Source: Takakia lepidozioides
Taxonomy: Eukaryota > Plantae > Bryophyta
Reading direction: 5' to 3'
Length of the DNA: 64,000 nt
NCBI GenBank assembly: GCA_030704615.1
Contig: CM060732.1
Coordinates: 79,608,001 to 79,672,000 of the forward strand
The notes under the pieces are model-generated. The model searched no databases and was not told where the DNA came from. It saw only the letters and a list, made by a program, of their open reading frames with translations. This document shows positions 60,901-64,000 of the stretch, piece by piece (within the stretch, counting starts at the first letter, position 1; each line of letters starts with the position of its first letter). The position numbers and the translations under genes are program-made.

Positions 60901-62846
60901 GTGTAATGAGTACATCTCTCAGTGCTGGGGTTTCATACTGTGTTTGCTAAGACCTGTGACCTACTTGAGGTGGATTAGTACACGCCAATAAATGTGCCCC
61001 CAAGGACACAACTCTACAAGATTAACATAGAGTGTATCCCTCTTGTTCTTTCCCCGATTTTCTGCTCCATCCAAACTGGTGGGGTTCATTGAACTCCACC
61101 TCTTTGTGGAGTATACAAACTCTCGTCACTGAGTTTCCTTTAGGGTTTCTTTTGTGATAATTCAAAAGCAAGAGACGAGAGAGCTCTCTAGGGATGGTGG
61201 AAGATTTTATTCTAGTTGCATACACCTTTTGACATATATTTGGGAACCACGTTTTTGAGTCTGTTTTTTGCAACAAGCAAAACCAGTGGAAGTGTTCTGA
61301 GATTGATCCAAGAAACCTATCACAGAAAGAAGTGAAAAGTTGGATCGCAAACTCTGCAGGTCCTGGTCAATGGGAAGTCAATCAGAGCCTGGGGTGCACA
61401 CCACGTGTCTTTGGTTCAAATGGCAAGAGCAGGACACTACGTTTTCACATTGGCAGCAGATGGGGGAATCCGTGGCTGGCATGTTGCATCTCCAAGCCCT
61501 CTTGATTCTTTTCTCCAAAGAGAGCTGTCCACAAGAGCTGGTAGTTACACACGGCAGCAGCTACTCAGGTATGGTTTACAAGCAGCTGTTTCATCGGCCA
61601 TTCTGCAAACTTTAATCGTGCTCAATGCATACTATATCTGCAAACCCAAGGTTTTGAAGCTTCTGACGAAGTTTGTCTGTTGAGCTGATAACCACTGGAA
61701 TTTGCTGTGTGCCTGGGACCTGATAACTAACCTGGCTATCTACACACTGAAACCTAAAATATAACTTTCCTTTGTAATGTCTTACAGTGTTGCAATTGGG
61801 GGGGGGGATGTGTAGGAAAGGGAGAAGTTTCTGTTATACTCTCTGCCATATCCTCCAATGATTTCCTGTATTCTTGTGTGCATGATGAGATCTTTGTGTA
61901 CTGTTGTGATGAATTGGATCCCAGGGTTGTGGCTGCCACTTGGAATGTGAGTGAAGAGAAGGCCTCCACCCGATCCCTCCAGATGTGGCTGGCGGGACCA
62001 GCAGCAGATGCAAACATGGTGTTTGTGGGGCTGCAGGAGATGGAAATGGGGGCAGGTGCTATTGGTATGGCAGCTATGAAGGAAACTGTGAGTCCTACTT
62101 GAACCTTCTTCTTAGTTCTAGGAAGTGTTGCAATAAATGACTTTGGGCACATCTTACTGTTGTAAGTGACGATGTGCCCATAAAATGATAACACCCTCTG
62201 GTTGCAACAGATGCCTCTGGCCTTTTGGTGTTAGACATGTATCACATCTTTTCCTGGTTGTTTGACTTGGTGTCCGTTTGCAGAAGCTCTCACATAGCTG
62301 ACAGTATTTTATTGTACGGTGTTGTATTTGTAGATACAACAGACATTGTCTGTAGGGCAATTCATAGGGTGTGAGTACCATTGGATAGTTCCTAGGACAG
62401 TTCAAGTCAAAATCTGATGGGTGTGACATTGTAAGAGAACTTATTTGAGTCTAATGGGTCCTTTTATTTGTGTGTACTTCCAGGTTGGAGTTGGGCTTCA
62501 GGATAAGGGCAGTGCAAATGGCCAGTGGTGGTTGGACAGTATTGGCGCTGCAGTCGGTGAGGGCAAAGAGTTTCAACGGCTTTGCTCACGTCAGTTAGCA
62601 GGACTACTTGTTGGAGTCTGGTAGGTTCTTTTTATGTAGTGTCTGGAGTCTGGAGGGGCTCTATATTGGTTTGTTTCGTTGCAACCGGTCCCTCTTGACC
62701 TTCTGACTAAATGAAATGTTGACACTATTCTATAGACACTAAGTTGTTGCAAATGGTGCAGGGTGCGAATGGATTTACTTCCGTTTGTTGGGGATGTGGA
62801 TGCAGCAGCTGTAGCCTGTGGATTTGGTGGGATACTTGGAAACAAA
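57931..62846 (+). CDS. Type II inositol polyphosphate 5-phosphatase with WD40 repeats (5PTase12-15/FRA3 family), 3'-partial
   Basis: Exons about 57931-59212, 59449-59695, 60243-60666, 61360-61569, 61925-62087, 62484-62601, 62762-62846. Motifs LRPHPLNETQ, WSGHRDGKV, WLQRSRNVLMGAADAVRR, TWNV, GLQEMEMGAG, RQLAGLLVGVW, VACGFGGILGNK. Confidence 0.88.
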
Positions 62847-63271
62847 GTATGCCATCTAAGTACCCTTGTGTTGCTCAAGGCTCTAGGGGTTTCAATTGCA
62901 ATCGTACATGAACGATGTTGAATGCACAGATGGGGGCACAAGTAGGTCTAAATATGTGTTTTATGCCACTCCTTGCATTCGGTGTGGGGCCCTCCATCTG
63001 CAGAACATTCCTTGTGAATGTGTTACTGCTGGGTCGTCCTGGCTTTCATAAGGGTTGATTAATGATACTTGGTGAATTTGAGGTGCCTGGGGTAGCACTT
63101 GAATGTTACCCCTTCTGGTTTACAAATGGAGAGGGGTGAGTGAACCTACTAAGGGTTTATCATCATCTTCTCTTGGCATCATTTTGAGCATTGCAAATGT
63201 ATTCATGTGGAGTGCCCATTTACAATCTTATTGTCCTAGTCTTGTATTTTGGAGTTGCAGAGAAGTTTTTT

Positions 63272-64000
63272 AGAGAGAGAGAGATGACTTTGGCCGTAGC
63301 GTAACTCAGAGCCACTTCACTTTACGGCTACTGCCCCCTTTAGGGGGTTGGCCCTATAGAGGTAGGAGGGATCCAACTGATTGCTAACGGGGGTGAGTGT
63401 TTTCTAGTTGGTGCTTGCTGGTGATGGTGGTGGTCAGGGAGCGGTTCGCAGTTAGATGTATATTTTTGAGACAGTAGGTGATTGAGGGGTGGGGTAGTAG
63501 GAGATTGTTGTTGAGGGATTCAACGCTATGTGTGGGTATTCCACCACGGATGCCCATTGTAATGACTGTCAAGGGCCCAACTTCCATCTGTATTGGCACA
63601 GGGCTAAAATTAGTGGGGCATATTTTTCCCTTTTCAATAGTAGGGTTTCTTGTGGGGAGCCCTGTAATGAGTAGTAGGTCAGGACAGAGTTGAGCTAGGC
63701 ACTGGCACGGGTGGCAGTGGCAGCAGCCGAGAAGTTTATTAATGAAATGCTAGCCCTCTAGCATGTCAATCCACACACTCGGTGGGGATGTCATTTGTAC
63801 GGTCAAGGGTCCTACTGGGCTCCAATCTGTCATGTGCTCACATAAGCATAAGGCATCTCTCATCATCTCTCTGATTGAGCCACTTTTTAAGGGCATCTGT
63901 TGTGTATGTATTTCACGTTATTCGGGCACTTGATTTTAGGGTACTGTTACTTTGGTTTGGACAGGGTCATGAGATGAACATGGAGCCAGAGGGGGTCAAA
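63272..64000 (-). mobile_element. Degenerate 3' end of a restriction-like-endonuclease (RLE) non-LTR retrotransposon ending at (TC)n, in a 5PTase intron
   Basis: Frameshifted minus-strand reading: CHCHPCQCLAQLCPDLLLITG ... KREKYAPLILAL..W ... PLTVITMGIRGGIP; terminates at (GA)6 at 63272-63284. Confidence 0.5.

Overview
Eukaryotic nuclear DNA from a land plant, most likely a bryophyte (inference from the intron-rich genes, a PLS-DYW PPR editing factor and the transposon set). Host genes: a 17-exon GH47 EDEM-type alpha-mannosidase (MNS4-like, 13.9-25.7 kb), a disrupted SDR (30.2-32.4 kb), a plastid aspartate kinase-homoserine dehydrogenase (33.6-42.9 kb, minus) with a partial duplicate (52.6-54.6 kb), a PLS-E-DYW PPR gene (45.1-48.2 kb), a NiCoT/CGF-like membrane protein (50.5-51.6 kb) and the 5' part of a WD40 type II inositol polyphosphate 5-phosphatase (from 57.9 kb). 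The most striking feature is at 1-7.25 kb. A decayed Ty3/Gypsy LTR retrotransposon carries a DNMT3-like C5 cytosine methyltransferase in the same reading frame as RT/RNase H, and what appears to be the same element ends in a PHD finger. A second Gypsy element is nested inside it. Also present: a degenerate piggyBac transposase, a LINE family that repeatedly inserts at (TC)n microsatellites, a probable RLE-type LINE remnant and several MITEs. All calls come from reading the sequence by eye; no searches were run.
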